DNA of 64,000 nucleotides from Cetorhinus maximus (Eukaryota): assembly GCF_964194155.1 (NCBI RefSeq), contig NC_135881.1, positions 123,132,001-123,196,000 of the forward strand. Reading direction: 5' to 3'. Positions within the stretch are counted from its first letter, which is position 1. Each line of letters starts with the position of its first letter. The position numbers and the translations under genes were made by a program. The notes under the pieces were generated by a model. It saw only the letters and a program-made list of their open reading frames with translations. It ran no database searches and was not told the DNA's origin. Positions 1 through 12,599 of this stretch are shown here, piece by piece.

Positions 1-956
1 ATTGCCACACGTGTGCCGTGAAACCAACAGCCCTCTTTGTTTGACTGGCCTCATCGGTGGCAAAATGCATATAAGCAGTGGCCTTGCAAGGGATCTGTGA
101 CCTTGCAATTGCACTGATGGGCAACAAATTGAAAGATCCTTAAGATGTCACCAGCAGATCCCTGGAAGGAGCTGGAGGCGAAGAAATTCAGAACTGCGGT
201 GATCTTGACAGCCACTGGCAACACACGTCCACCTAGTCCTCTTGGAAGGAGGTCTTGCGCCAGAAGGCTGCAGATGTCGGTTACGAAAGCTGAGCCTCCT
301 CAGGCACTGTTGTTCTGTCATGTTGTGATTCTCACTCTCTGTGTACCCTATGATAGGAGTTTCTCCCCCTTAACGCTGCAGCTCTCTGACTATCCCCTAT
401 GACCTGTGGAGTAGCATGTGGCTGCTGCAGCAATTGGTGTGGTTGCTCCTGATCAGAGGTCCAGGCTACTGTTGTATAAGTTGCTCCCATGCTGCAGTGA
501 AGGCTGACAGCAAGAGAGTTGAAGTGAAGATGAGTATACCCCAAGGCAGTTGAAAGTATTCCCAAAAGGCTGAAACTGATCCACAAAGTAGTGATTTCAG
601 GCTCGCCCAAAAGTGTTTCAATTTCACTGTTTAAAAGCTTCTCAGCACATCAATTTCATGAAACAATCATTCCCCGCTGTGATCTCTCCTCAGGAAGCTG
701 GCAAGTTGCAGCGGTCATGGAAAAGCAATGCACTTACTGTTAAAGCAGAGTTCATGATTAGTTTCAAAGCTAATTCCCTCTTTGCATATTAAAATGACTT
801 TCCCAACAGTTGCACATGAATTCCCCGCTTGCCTACAAACCTACCTGGGTGAAGCCCAGAAGCGGGAACGATCACATCATGTTCCCAGCCTAGTGCCATC
901 TTCAGGGATTAAACCCCATGCCTGCACCCAAGCCCTTGGCAATTAAAATTCTGCAC
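1..956 (-). mobile_element. PIF/Harbinger autonomous element remnant (transposase 5' part plus terminus)
   Basis: Minus strand encodes degraded [24 protein letters not shown] (HARBI1-like); homologous to 44200-45300; ends in AAAATTCTGC. Confidence 0.75.
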
Positions 957-1689
957 AGAATCTCAGCATTAAGGCAAAAGAGAATAAGTTGCCAGATCAA
1001 GTCGGAAATGATAGACCTATAAAATACTCGTTTCTTAGCGAGAATACTATGTTGAGACATAGCCTGCATCTACAAGTCTTGCAAAGAGTAGACAATCATT
1101 TTGAATTTCCAACCAGATGCACAACCAATTATCCTGTCAGTAGCCTTGCAAGAAACATGCCAAAAGTTATTTTTTCATTTACCTCTGAACTTTTCCAACA
1201 GTAAGATGACAAGAGCTATCCATAGTGGAACAAGCAGATTTGCCATTCCCTTATCAAGCTACCTTCCTCCAACTGATCTCCTCTACTCATTTCCCAATTT
1301 CAGATTTAGTTTGAAAATAAATACAGAACTTGCAAGGTCAACTGGTCAAACACTAGCAGTTCATGCTGTCATTTCCACAAGAGTCTCACTCCAGACATGG
1401 ATGTTTTGGCAGCAACTTTGAGATAGATTGTTCGTATACCTGGGGCAGCTCAGGTTTAGGAAATTCCGAATGTAAAGTAAAATCCCAGTCCCCAAAGAAT
1501 ACTTAAACACTTTATTATCCACTGGTATAAATATTTAGCACCAGGAGTCCTGACAGTGAAAACTGCAACTTATCAACCTTTCCTCCTAAACTGAGGAATT
1601 CCTTTTTCAGTTTGCAGACAGAAGGAATGGACATTCTCATACCTTATGACATTGGGCTGCACGTTCCTGCTCTGCCTACTGCTTCACAA

Positions 1690-2800
1690 GCAAAATTATT
1701 AGAAATTATATCAGTAAACAGGCTTTCCTCAGAATAGGACCAAAAACAATTAACACAAATAATGAAAGGATAGTCAAAGTGTGGGGCGGGGGGAGATGTG
1801 GTGGCAATTAAGGACCAAAAAGATCTTCTTGTGGAGGCAAAAGGCATGGCTGAAATACTAAATAAGTATTTTGTATTACTCTTCACAAGAGAAGCAGGTG
1901 CTGCTAATACAGTTGTAAAGGGGGAAGTAGTAGCAATATTGGATTAAATAAAAATAATGAGGCAATACTTGTTCTCAAAGAAATGTCCTCCACTCCAGAT
2001 GGGATGCATTATAGCTTGAGGGAAGCTCTGCTACAACCTTCCAATAGTCCTTGGATATGGGGGTGGTACCAGTGGACGGGAGGGTTGCAAATGTTATACC
2101 CCTGTTCAAAAAATGAGAGGGGGATAAACCCAACAACTACAGGCCAGTCAACCTGACATTAGCAGTGGGTAAACTTGTTGAGATAATACACACAAAGTTA
2201 ATTGGCATTTAGAAAAGCATGGGCTAATAAATGAAAGTCAGTATGGATTTGTTAGAGGCAAATAGCACTTGATTAACATGTTTGAATTATTTGATTAAAT
2301 AATGGAGACGGTTGATGAAGTGGGTATACAGATCTTAACAAAGCATTTGACAAAGTACTGCATAATAGAATTGTCGTCTCCGAAGGCACCGAAGCGGTCA
2401 CCAAATACACCAACTCCGTTTAGGAAGACAATTCTAAAGATTATAATAGAATTGTCAACAAAACTAAAGCCCACGGGATTAAAAGGACTGTAGCAGAATG
2501 GATACAAAATTGGCCATTGGGACAGAAAACAGAGAGCGGTAGTGATTAGTTGCTTTTCAGACTGGAGGGGAATAACAGTGGCATTCGCCAAGATTCAGTG
2601 TTAGGACCAGTGAATCTTTTTGATCTAAATTAATGACCTAGACTTAGCTATAGATGGCATAATTTCAAAGCTGAAGATGATACAAAACTTGGAATTGTAT
2701 CGATAGTAAGTAACAAGGTCCATAGTAACAGGGTTCAGGGGGCCATAGACAGTTGGCAAAATAGGCGATGCATGGCAGATAAAATTTAATGCAGTGTGAA
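1690..2800 (+). mobile_element. CR1-type LINE ORF2 (RT) remnant
   Basis: Degraded NYRPVNLT, KAFDKV, SVLGP, DDTKLG motifs. Confidence 0.8.
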
Positions 2801-4340
2801 CATAAGAACATAAATAGGTGGAATCCATACTGCTCGTGAGCCTGCTTTGCCAGTCAATATGATCACGACTGATCTTCCACCTCAACTCAACTTCCCTGCC
2901 CATTCCCCATGTCCCTTGAAGCTCTGATTGACCAAAATCTGTCTATCTCAGTCTTATGCAGCATCCATATCACCGGGGTAGGGAATTCCAAAGATTCGCA
3001 ACCCTCCAAGTGAAGAAATTTTTCATCTCAGTACTAAATGATCGACCCCTTATCATGAGACTGTTGTCAAATGAAACTCCAGAACTTGACTTCTCAAAAT
3101 TGCTCATGACTCAAGATCATAAAAGGAACATCAAAACTTTCCTCAGTGCAAACATTTATGTAATGTCATCCAAGATCAATAGTATGCTTTTCTTTTCTAT
3201 TTATAGCATCTCTTTAGTCATTACATTTGTGTTTTTATTAGAAATTTCTTCACTGTGGATGCACTGTATTTGAATTTTCAAAAACCATTTGATAAGGTAG
3301 CACACAGGGGTTACATTTTCTGGAATTTAGAAGAATGAGGGATGATCTAATCGAAGCATGTAACATTATTAAGGGGTTTGATAGAGTAGACGCTGGGAAG
3401 GTGTTTATCCTAACTGAAGAATCTAGAGCTAAAAGTCATAGTTTCAGAATAAGGGGTAAGCCATTTAGAACAGGGGTAAAGGGGAGATAATTAATACGGA
3501 GGACGACATGAACAAATTACATGATGTCATTAATAAACTTGAAGAATGGACATTTAATTGGCAAATTAATTTTAACACAGATATTACATTTTGGTACAAA
3601 AAGTAAGCTGCCACTTCTTACATGGAATATAATTTTATAACTGGGATAGAGAAACAAAGAGATCTTTGGGGAAGGGGGTATATAAATAGACAAATCACTA
3701 AAATAAGCCATATAGATTAATAAAACAATAGCAAATCAAGCACTGTGGTTTATTATTAGATGAACAGAATTGAAAAGTAGAGCAGTTATTCTAAACTTGT
3801 ATCAAACTTTGATGAGATCACACTTGCAGCACTGTGTACAATTCTGGCCACCATTTTGTTAAAAAGTTGGGAGGCGCACTGGAGAGGATGCAAAAAAGAT
3901 TTACAAGGTGAAACCAGAACTGCGTGATTATACTTATCAGGAGAGAATGAACAGACTGGGTCTCTTTTCTCTTGAAAAGAGAAGGGTAAGGGGTGACATA
4001 ATAGAGGTCTTTAAAATTATGAAAGGTTTCGATAACAGCAGCCACAGAGGGAACATTTCCACTTGTGGGAAAGAGCAAAAATAGAGGCCATGAATATAAG
4101 ATAGTCACCAAGAAATAGGGAATTCAGAAGGAATTTCTTCACCTAGAGTGTGGTAATGTGAAACTCCCTACCATCAGGAGTGATTGAGTAGCATAGATGC
4201 ATTTAAGGGAAGGTTGGTAAGCATTTGAGGGAGAAAGAAATAGAGGGTTATGCTGATAGAGTTAGATGAGCAAGGATGGGGGAGGCAGGGGGAGGGTCCA
4301 TAAACAGCAGCATGTACTGGTTGGGCTGGATGGCCTGTTT
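2800..4340. mobile_element. Cluster of CR1 3'-end fragments in both orientations
   Basis: RGDLIE/RGDIIEVFKIMKGFD-type C-terminal motifs at about 3330 and 3990; reverse CR1 tail at 2800-3060. Confidence 0.7.
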
Positions 4341-4344
4341 CTAT

Positions 4345-4530
4345 CCATCATCCTGACTTGGAAATATATCACCATTCCTTCATTGTCACTGGATCAACAT
4401 CCTTGCACTCCCTCTCTAACAGCACTGTGGATTGCAGCAGCTCACCATGACCATCTCGAGGGCAATTAGAGATGGACAAGAAATGCTGGCCTTGTCTGCA
4501 ATGTTCACATCCCACAAATGAATAAAAAAA
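4345..4530 (+). mobile_element. LINE/SINE 3' tail (family also at about 50950-51560 and 57670-58370)
   Basis: GGGCAATTAG..ATGCTGGCC..CACATCCCA..AATAAAAAAA tail recurs in reverse near 50950-51000 and 57670-57735. Confidence 0.6.
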
Positions 4531-4713
4531 GACACATTCTCAGAAATTGCACAAGTAGCGCAGAATGACCTCCTCTGAACATTTCACTTCCCCTACCGAA
4601 ACATGGCAAGTCTCTGTCAAGTGATAGGTCATGTGCGAATGAGACGCCTAATTCTGGGAATACAAGAACATGTGTAACCCAGGTCCTGTTTACAGTTGGA
4701 TAAAACAGATGAT

Positions 4714-5256
4714 GCACCTCATCTTCCGACTAGGCACTTGACAGCCTTCCGGACTTAATATTGAGTTCAACAACTTCAGATCATGAACTCTCTCCTCCAT
4801 CCCCACCCCCTTTCCAATTCCCCTTCTTCCAATAATTTATAATTTTTTAAATATATTTTTCTTTTCCCACCTATTTTAAAATTTATTTTGATCTATTGTT
4901 TTATCTCCACCTTTTAGCCCATTTTGATCCCTTCCCCCCCCACCCCACCAGCGCCATCTGCCACTTGCTTGTCCTGGCTGCTAACCTTAATGTCTCCATT
5001 AGCACATTCCTTAGATAATATCACCACCGGCAACACCCCTTTGTCTTTTTGTCTATTACATCTTTGGCAATCTCTTATTTGCCTCCACCTATCACTGGCC
5101 CTCTATCCAGCTCTACCTGTCCCACCCCCCTCTGCCAGCTTATATTTCACCTCATTTCTCTATTTCCTTAGTTCTGATGAAGAGTCATACGGTCTCGAAA
5201 CATCAACTGTGTTCCTCTCCGCAGATGCTGAGTATTTCCAGCTATTTTTGTTTTTG
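4714..5256 (+). mobile_element. Penelope-like element 3' fragment (end of GIY-YIG ORF plus pseudo-LTR)
   Basis: HLIFRLGT.QPSGLNIEFNNFRS* nearly identical to 10975-11048, followed by a similar 3' UTR. Confidence 0.85.
5170..5208 (+). ncRNA. Minimal type I hammerhead ribozyme motif in PLE pseudo-LTR
   Basis: AGTT-CTGATGA-A-GAGTC atacg GTCTC-GAAAC-ATC-AACT: core boxes, stem II (one mismatch), stem I AGTT/AACT. Confidence 0.7.
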
Positions 5257-6129
5257 CTCCTGTTTACAGTTTACTGTCTCAGAACCCTTGAGGTTAAATC
5301 TGTTTTGTTTTAAACTCCCCCTAAAGCATTCACACAGTACACATTTTAGTAACTGCCACATACCCATGATCATACCCTTAGATGAAGTTCCTCAATATAC
5401 TTTAGGAATGCAAAACCACAAATTACACAACAGTGGACAAGGAAACAAGAGGAGAGGATACTCCAATGAGACACTATTAATCACTCGTGTTACAAAATGA
5501 TACTCCAATAAGTAGGGTCATATCTCCCAAGTAATCTAATTGCAGCACATGTGTCTAAAACATCTCATTAGCTCAGAGTCGCACCATTCTCTACTGAACC
5601 AAAGGCACTTGGTGCCCCATTACCATGTTCACATCCATTTGCCAACAAAAATCCCCCACCAAAAAATATGCCAGCTATTCTGGAAAATGCATTGAGAGGG
5701 AAAAGGGTGGATTTTGTGTTCTTTCCATGCTATCATCCATTTTCTACATGTTCTAAGAGAAAGAAAAAAGGTATCGTGGTTTGAAAAAGAATGAATTGAA
5801 AAAAAAGATAAAATTCTGATGTCAAATAGATTCCATTCCAAGAATATTTTTAGTAAGGCTGAGTTTTACTGTACAAGGTAAATATTATCAACAAGTGAAT
5901 TTTTAATCCCTCATTTTATTGCTTATTGTTAAACTTGAACAAAATTGTTAAAAGGAGGTGGAAACAAGAAGAAAGACTCCAAATGGATTCAGCCAGCTAT
6001 GGCTGGAGCTCAAAGTTGCATTGGATGGTAAATTTTCCCAGTTGCAATTACAATATACAAAGACCAAAGCTGGAGACATTAGAAGTTAAAGTCAGTCAAT
6101 TAGAGGTTAATTAAAATAAATCAGGTTTA

Positions 6130-6620
6130 TAGGCATAAGATGCAGAAAAGATTCATGAGAATGGTTCCAGAGATGAGGAACTTCAGTTATGTAGACAGGT
6201 TGAAAAGTAGAGACTGTTCTCCTTAAAGACATGGTTGAGAGGAGATTCAATAGAGGTATTCAAAATCATGAAGGGTCTGGACAGAGCAGAAAGGGAGAAA
6301 CTGTTCCCGTGGTAAAAGGATCGAGAACCAGAGGGCACAAATTTAAGTTAATTGGCAAAAGAAGCATGGTGACATGAGGAAAAGCCTATTCACACAGCAA
6401 GCAGTTAGGATCAGGAATGCATTGCCTGAGACTGTGGTGGAAGCAGGGTCAACTGATGCTTTCAAAAGGGAATTGGATCATTATATGAAAAGGAAAAAAA
6501 TAGAGGGCTATGCAGAAAAGGCAGGGGGAGTGACACTAGGTGAATTGCTCCTTCAGAGTTTCAGTACAGGTATGGTGGACCAAATGGCCTCCTTTTGTGC
6601 TACCATTCTATGATTCTAAG
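6130..6620 (+). mobile_element. CR1 LINE 3' fragment
   Basis: LRGDSIEVFKIMKGLDR motif and TTCTATGATTCTA tail. Confidence 0.8.
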
Positions 6621-6629
6621 AAAAACAGA

Positions 6630-6747
6630 GGGGTAGAATTTTTCCAAGGATTCTCCTGATCTCCTGCTAGTCATTTATATAATTTCTCCAAATTTTCATT
6701 GATGTTATAGTGGGGGATTGAGAGAATTCACATGGAAATTCTACCCC
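6630..6747. mobile_element. About 118-bp mini-MITE with Harbinger-like TIRs
   Basis: GGGGTAGAATTT ... AAATTCTACCCC perfect 12-bp terminal inverted repeat. Confidence 0.6.
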
Positions 6748-7972
6748 TGTAATTTCAAGTGTAACAAAAAATATTTTAGGCAGTCATGATGGAAAAAGCA
6801 CAATGCAATAAAAGTTAGTGTTATAGAAAGTGACAGCTACATGAGATTTATTAGACTGAATTTTGCCCACAGGCTATGGGGTTTTTACATTAGAACTTAC
6901 TGTATAAGAATGAATTAGTCCACCCTAACCAGTCAAACTGAGGAATTGCCAATAAATAGCTCAGAGTCTGAACCAGGAATTGCCAGTTAGAATGGTGAAT
7001 TCTATGTCAAATTAGACATTGAAAGCAAAATAAAGAGAAAGAAAAATTGACTTGAGAAATAAAATATGCGGAATGAAGAAGTTATAAATGTTATTTTTTG
7101 GAAAACCTCCATTAATACTTAAACTCTCAAGAAATGCAATTCCACACTTGTAGATAGTAATTGTCAGTGCCACAGAGCTTGTTTGGCAGTAATTAAGGTT
7201 TACCACACTATTGAAAATTCACTTGCATCAAAATGGACAACTATAACTTTTTTCTGGCCAGTTCATTGGGAATCTATCATGCTAGTACAGCAACTTCTTC
7301 CTGTTCCGTGTATTTCAATGCTGAGTCTCTGCAAGATACCAGTATAGCCCAGCTTTTGGAGCAGCAGGCTATCTTGGGGCAACATCATCACAATTTCCAC
7401 ATTCAACTATACATGTGGCAGAAGGGTCTGTCCAATTTACACTTTTAGTAACCGTGAGTACTGTTATGCTGTTACTTCTACAGCAAAATCCAACTTGATA
7501 TATTGCTATATTTTCCATGGCATTGTTCTTGGTGATTTGGAGTAGATTCTGTACCTGTGACCATGCACACCGTTTGCCATAGTGGATCTTGTTGAACCAT
7601 GCATGCTGACATTTAAGGCAATATTATTTCTTAAAAATCATCTAATTTTTGAGCTAAAAAGAGAGGTTTTGTAGGCAAGGCCAAGTGTTAACAGTATATA
7701 CTTGTTAAGTGTGCATTCCAACCCAAACCCCACCAGAGGATTTTGTTATACTATTTATGCAACAGTTAAAGAAACTAATAACTGAGCAAAACAAACACCT
7801 TAATTTGCTAAAGCATTAAAGATGACAACTTGCATTCATAAAGCTTCTCTAGAGTAGAAGAAAATCCCAAGATGCTCCACAGAGGTGTGATCAGAGAAAA
7901 GTGCGCACCAAATCAAAGAAGCAAATAGTCGTTTGGTGGTACAGAGCTTGAGTATCACTGAAAAATGACATG

Positions 7973-8010
7973 TTGTTGAAGCTTTTCATCTTGCACTCAT
8001 CAGGACAATT
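7973..8010 (-). ncRNA. Hammerhead-like motif of a second PLE-associated family
   Basis: Minus strand TTGTC-CTGATGA-GTGCAAGAT-GAAA-AGCTTC-AACAA; second copy at 22061-22100. Confidence 0.55.
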
Positions 8011-8109
8011 CACAAGAATATCAATTGGGTATACGTACAAATTGTCTTGATGGGTGCAAGATTAAAAGCTTTGACAACACGAATCTTTTTCAGAAATAAA
8101 AAGCATATA

Positions 8110-8630
8110 TTAAATAGGATGATGCAAAGCTTGGTCAAAGTGGTGCTTTTAAGTGACACAGGAAAATGGAAAGGCAAAAGGTTAGAAAGGGACTTCCAGA
8201 GTATAGGGTCTTGATGGCTGAACACACAGCTGCTGATGGTTGGGTGAAAGGAGAGAGGATGCATAAAAGCCAGAGTTGGAGGTATAGTGAGGGAACTGTA
8301 GGTTAGAGAGATGGACAGAGGTGAGGCCGCAAAGATGTTTTAAATATAAGATTTTTAAATTGGAGGTACTGGGAGAGCCAGAGGGAAATAATTGGTGAGC
8401 TGGCCAATGCTGGATAAGATACGGATTGAGGAGTTTCAGATAAGCTGAAGTTTACAGGACGTGGAATATTAAAATAGTCAATTGTGGAAGCGAAATAGGC
8501 ACGGACAAGTTTCAGTAACAGACGTGGCGGAGGAGCACAGCAAAAGATGTAGATCTTTGTGAAAGATGGAGTATGGGGATGGAAACTCAATTCAGGGTTT
8601 ACACGATGCCAAGGGTCCGAACAGTCTGAT
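8110..8630 (-). mobile_element. Degraded L2-like LINE 3' fragment
   Basis: RAYFASTIDYFN / HQDPILWKSL resemble the L2 ORF2 C-terminus; similar piece at 56680-56885 (+). Confidence 0.5.
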
Positions 8631-9652
8631 TGTGGACAAAGGAGCTGAGTTTAGAGGCTCAGGGTTAATTCAGGGGAAAGTCTTGCACCATCCAGCCTGA
8701 ATGCCCAAGCACGTGACCGAACCCGCCTCCCACCCTCTCCCATCACTCAAACTGACCCAGGTACAGGATGGTCGGGATAAATCCCCAGCGGATGGCGAAC
8801 TGTCCACAGCGGAAGACCTGCTGCAGCCGTTGTTTGGACTCTTTACTCATTTTGACCATCTTTTGCGCGGCTCCCTCAGCACACTGCCAGCACCAGGAAA
8901 TGCCTCACCGGAAAGAGAATCACAACCGGAAACGCTCCGCCGCTCACAGCGCCACCTCGAGCCGGGCAGAGGCCGTCTCCACCTGGGGGGTCACAGCGCC
9001 ACCTAGAGCCCAGTCACTGCAGCACCACCTGGGGGACACAACTCCAATGATCGCGCGCGAGCTAGTGAGGGAGGGGTGACAATCTGATATCGCTGATCTG
9101 CACTGAAGTGTTCTCCAGCACAATGGTGGTAGTGATGCAGCTGGGCCAAGAGGGGTGATGCAAAAGGGGCCATATGGAAGTGGAGGTCCACTCAAAACCC
9201 TTTTACTTGCCACCTGTTTCCCCTCCCCTTCAGCCAGTGCTCAACAGAGTTGCCAACTATTATGAAATAAAATAAGGGGCACTTCTACTGTAAGACCATT
9301 GAGAGGAGAGGGATGCTGGTGACCTTGAGAGCGGGAGGGGATCATGAGAATGGGAGCAGGTTGGTAAGCATTTGGGGGGGTTGCAGTTTAAACATGAGGA
9401 GTGCGAGACCATGATATGGGGGGGTTGTTAAAATCAATTACAACTTAGAATTATCTTGTTGAGTCACAACATGATCATCTCTCTGCTAGTCAACTCAGTT
9501 GAAGCCCCGCTCAAGTCACTCAAACTCACCTTGGATACTCCCAGAGATAAAAACAAAAAGCTAAAAGCTACTGCGGATGCTGGAAATCCAAAACAAAAAC
9601 AGAATTACCTGGAAAAACTCAGCAGGTCTGGCAGCATCGGTGGAGAAGAAAT

Positions 9653-9693
9653 CAGTTAACGTTTCGAGCCTTCACGACCCTTCAGCAGAACTG
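9653..9693 (-). ncRNA. Hammerhead ribozyme motif (CUGCUGA variant) in left PLE arm
   Basis: CAGTT-CTGCTGA-A-GGGTC gtgaa GGCTC-GAAAC-GTT-AACTG. Confidence 0.55.
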
Positions 9694-11419
9694 AAGCATA
9701 GTTAGGAGAAAGGAGAAATATAAGCTGGTTTAAGGTGGGGGGGCGGGGGGAGAGAGAAGTTGAGGGTGTGGTGATTGTGGAGATAAGCAAGCAGTGATAG
9801 GAGCAGATAATCAAAAGATGTTACAGACAAAAGGATCAAAGAGGTGTTGAAGGTGGTGATATTTGTCTAAGAAAAGTGCTAATTAAGAATGGAAGACAGG
9901 ACACTCAAAGTACAGCTCTAGTGGGGGTGGGGTGGAAAGACTAACAAGGTTTTAGTTTTAGATTTAAAAATAATGGAAATAGGTGGGGAAAGAAGAATCT
10001 ATATAAATTATTGAAAAAAAAGGGGAGAGGGGAGAAACGGGGTGGGGATGGGGGGAGGGGGAGTTTAAGATCTAAAGTTGTTGAATTCAATATTCAGCCC
10101 GGAAGGCTGTAAAGTGCCTAGTCGGAAGATGAGGTGCTGTTCCTCCAGTTTGCGTTGGGCTTCACTGGAACAATGCAGCAAGCCAAGGACAGACAGCTCC
10201 TCACACCCCCGCTTCCTGTAAAGACTCCATCCCATTCTCTCAGTTCCTTCGCCTCCGTCACATCTGTTCTGATGACGCTACCTTCAAAAACAGCTCCTCT
10301 GACATGTCCTCCTTCTTCCCTAACCGAGGTTTTCCATCCACGGTCGTTGACAGGGCCCTCAACCGTGTCCGGCCCATATCCCGCGCATCCTCCCTCACGC
10401 CTTCTCCTCCTTCCCGGAAACATGATAGGGTCCCCCTTGTCCTCACTTATCACCCCACCAGCCTCCGCATTCAAAGGATCATCCTCTGCCATTTCCGCCA
10501 ACTCCAGCATGATGCCACCACCAAACACATCTTCCCTTCACCCCCCGACGGCATTCCGTAGGGATCATTCCCTCCGGGACACCCTGGTCCACTCCTCCAT
10601 CACCCCCTACTCCTCAACCCCCACCTATGGCACCTCCCCATGCCCACACAGAAGATGCAACACCTGCCCCTTCACTTCCTCTCTCCTCACCGTCCAAGGG
10701 CCCAAACACTCCTTTCAAGTGAAGCAGCATTTCACTTGCATTTCCCCTAACTTAGTCTACTGCATTCGTTGCTCCCAATGCGGTCTCCTCTACATTGGAG
10801 AGACCAAACGCAAACTGGGCGACCGCTTTGCAGAACACCTGCGGTCTGTCCGCAAGAAAGACCCAAACCTCCCTGTCGCTTGCCATTTTAACATTCCACC
10901 CTGTTCTCTTGCCCACATGTCTGTCCTTGGCTTGCTGCATTGTTCCAGTGAAGCCCAACGCAAACTGGAGGAACAGCACCTCATCTTCCGACTAGGCACT
11001 TTACAGCCTTCCGGGCTGAATATTGAATTCAACAACTTTAGATCTTAAACTCCCCCTCCCCCCATCCCCACCCCGTTTCTCCCCTCTCCCCTTTTTTTTC
11101 AATAATTTATATAGATTCTTCTTTCCCCATCTATTTCCATTATTTTTAAATCTAAAACTAAAACCTTGTTAGTCTTTCCACCCCACCCCCACTAGAGCTG
11201 TACTTTGAGTGTCCTGTCTTCCATTCTTAATTAGCACTTTTCTTAGACAAATATCACCACCTTCAACACCTCTTTGATCCTTCTGTCTGTAACATCTTTT
11301 GATTATCTGCTCCTATCACTGCTTGCTTATCTCCACAATCACCACACCCTCAACTTCTCTCTACCCCCGCCCCCCCACCTTAAACCAGCTTATATTTCTC
11401 CTTTCTCCTAACTATGCTT

Positions 11420-11460
11420 CAGTTCTGCTGAAGGGTCGTGAAGGCTCAAAACGTTAACTG
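11420..11460 (+). ncRNA. Hammerhead motif in right PLE arm, GAAA box mutated to AAAA
   Basis: CAGTT-CTGCTGA-A-GGGTC gtgaa GGCTC-AAAAC-GTT-AACTG. Confidence 0.45.
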
Positions 11461-11947
11461 ATTTCTTCTCCACCGATGCTGCCAGACCTGCTGAGTTTTT
11501 CCAGGTAATTCTGTTTTTGTTTTGGATACTCCCAGGATCAGTCTCCCACAGGTTGTCCTAGAAATATAGGACAAAAGGTGTCCCTTACACGTGACGAACA
11601 GCCAGAATCAGGGACAATCCCTTAATATAAAGGACACTTGGTCACCTTGATACCCAAAATGCTGCCATAACTCTAATACCCAAGTCTACCTCTACACAGG
11701 TGAAGCAGGTTTCCATAGACCAGAAGTCATCAACCAAGAAAATCTCAGCAGTCAGAGCAGGGTTGTAAGCAGCCTACCTCTACCTCTTTTTGTGGTAGAA
11801 AAAAGAGAAATAAAACTTTGTAGTTACACAAGGGTATGCACAGGAATGTATGTTAAAATGTAATGTTATTAACTTTTTGTTAAATCACTTTTTTTGCATC
11901 ACTTTTCCATCTAGCCCATTCTTGATTACTATGTGAGAAGAAACCTT

Positions 11948-12595
11948 GGGCAGCCTTTTCCCCCGGTTAGGGTGGATGCGCGGGAGCAGGCATGGGAAGG
12001 CGGGTTCCCAATCAGCACCCCCAGTCGGGGGCACACTGCCATTTTAAGTGGGCAGGCCAATTAAGGCCCACCCAGCACGACATCTGCTTTAAAGCACTGT
12101 GCGCTCCCTGTGCGGGCGGGCGGGGGGCGGGGGGATTACTGAGCCGGGAGTGCGCTTTTCGCGCATGCATGCAGAAGAGCACTCAGATCTCCCTGAGGCA
12201 AAGTTCTGCCTCAGGGAGGTCAATAAAAGTTATGAAAATTTTTTTGAAGGGTAGAAAAAAATTTCCTGACATGTCCCCTCACGTGACACTGTCAATTTCT
12301 TTTATTTAAACATTTTATAAAAATTTTGATACCCTCATGAAACCTCATCCTACCCGTGGATGAGGTTTCATGTTTTTTCTGAAGGCCGCCTGGGCTCTTT
12401 GCAGATCTATTAATCATTTTAATCATTTTTTTAATGGCCTTAATAGGCCGTTGGCAGTTCGGCTGCGTGCATGCCGAACTGAAAATCTAAATGACACGGG
12501 ATGATGTTGGAACGCATGCCCAGCGTCACCCCACGTCATTTTACGCGTTGGTGAGCGGGCCCTGCCCCCTGCTCACCGACCGGAAGATGCAGCCC
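11948..12595 (+). mobile_element. Harbinger-type MITE copy 1
   Basis: Family homology, internal palindromes, CTT 3-bp TSD. Confidence 0.8.
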
Positions 12596-12599
12596 CTTG

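Larger units (their letters stand above)
9545..11527 (+). mobile_element. Penelope-like retroelement insertion, 5'-truncated with inverted pseudo-LTR; RT C-terminus plus GIY-YIG endonuclease
   Basis: SIPFSQFLRLRHICSDD (RT thumb region) then, after a frameshift, NLVYCIRCSQCGLLYIGETKRKLGDRFAEH (GIY-YIG); flanking direct repeat TTGGATACTCCCAG at 9531-9544 and 11522-11535. Confidence 0.92.
9586..11527. repeat. 610-bp near-perfect inverted repeat (arms 9586-10195 and 10918-11527)
   Basis: Direct reverse-complement comparison; I saw about four mismatches; 722-bp spacer. Confidence 0.95.

Noticed and set aside
10134-11048. 304-aa ORF as an intact gene
   Set aside because: Its start lies in the inverted arm and its first half is the wrong frame of the PLE RT region; only the GIY-YIG half is real coding remnant
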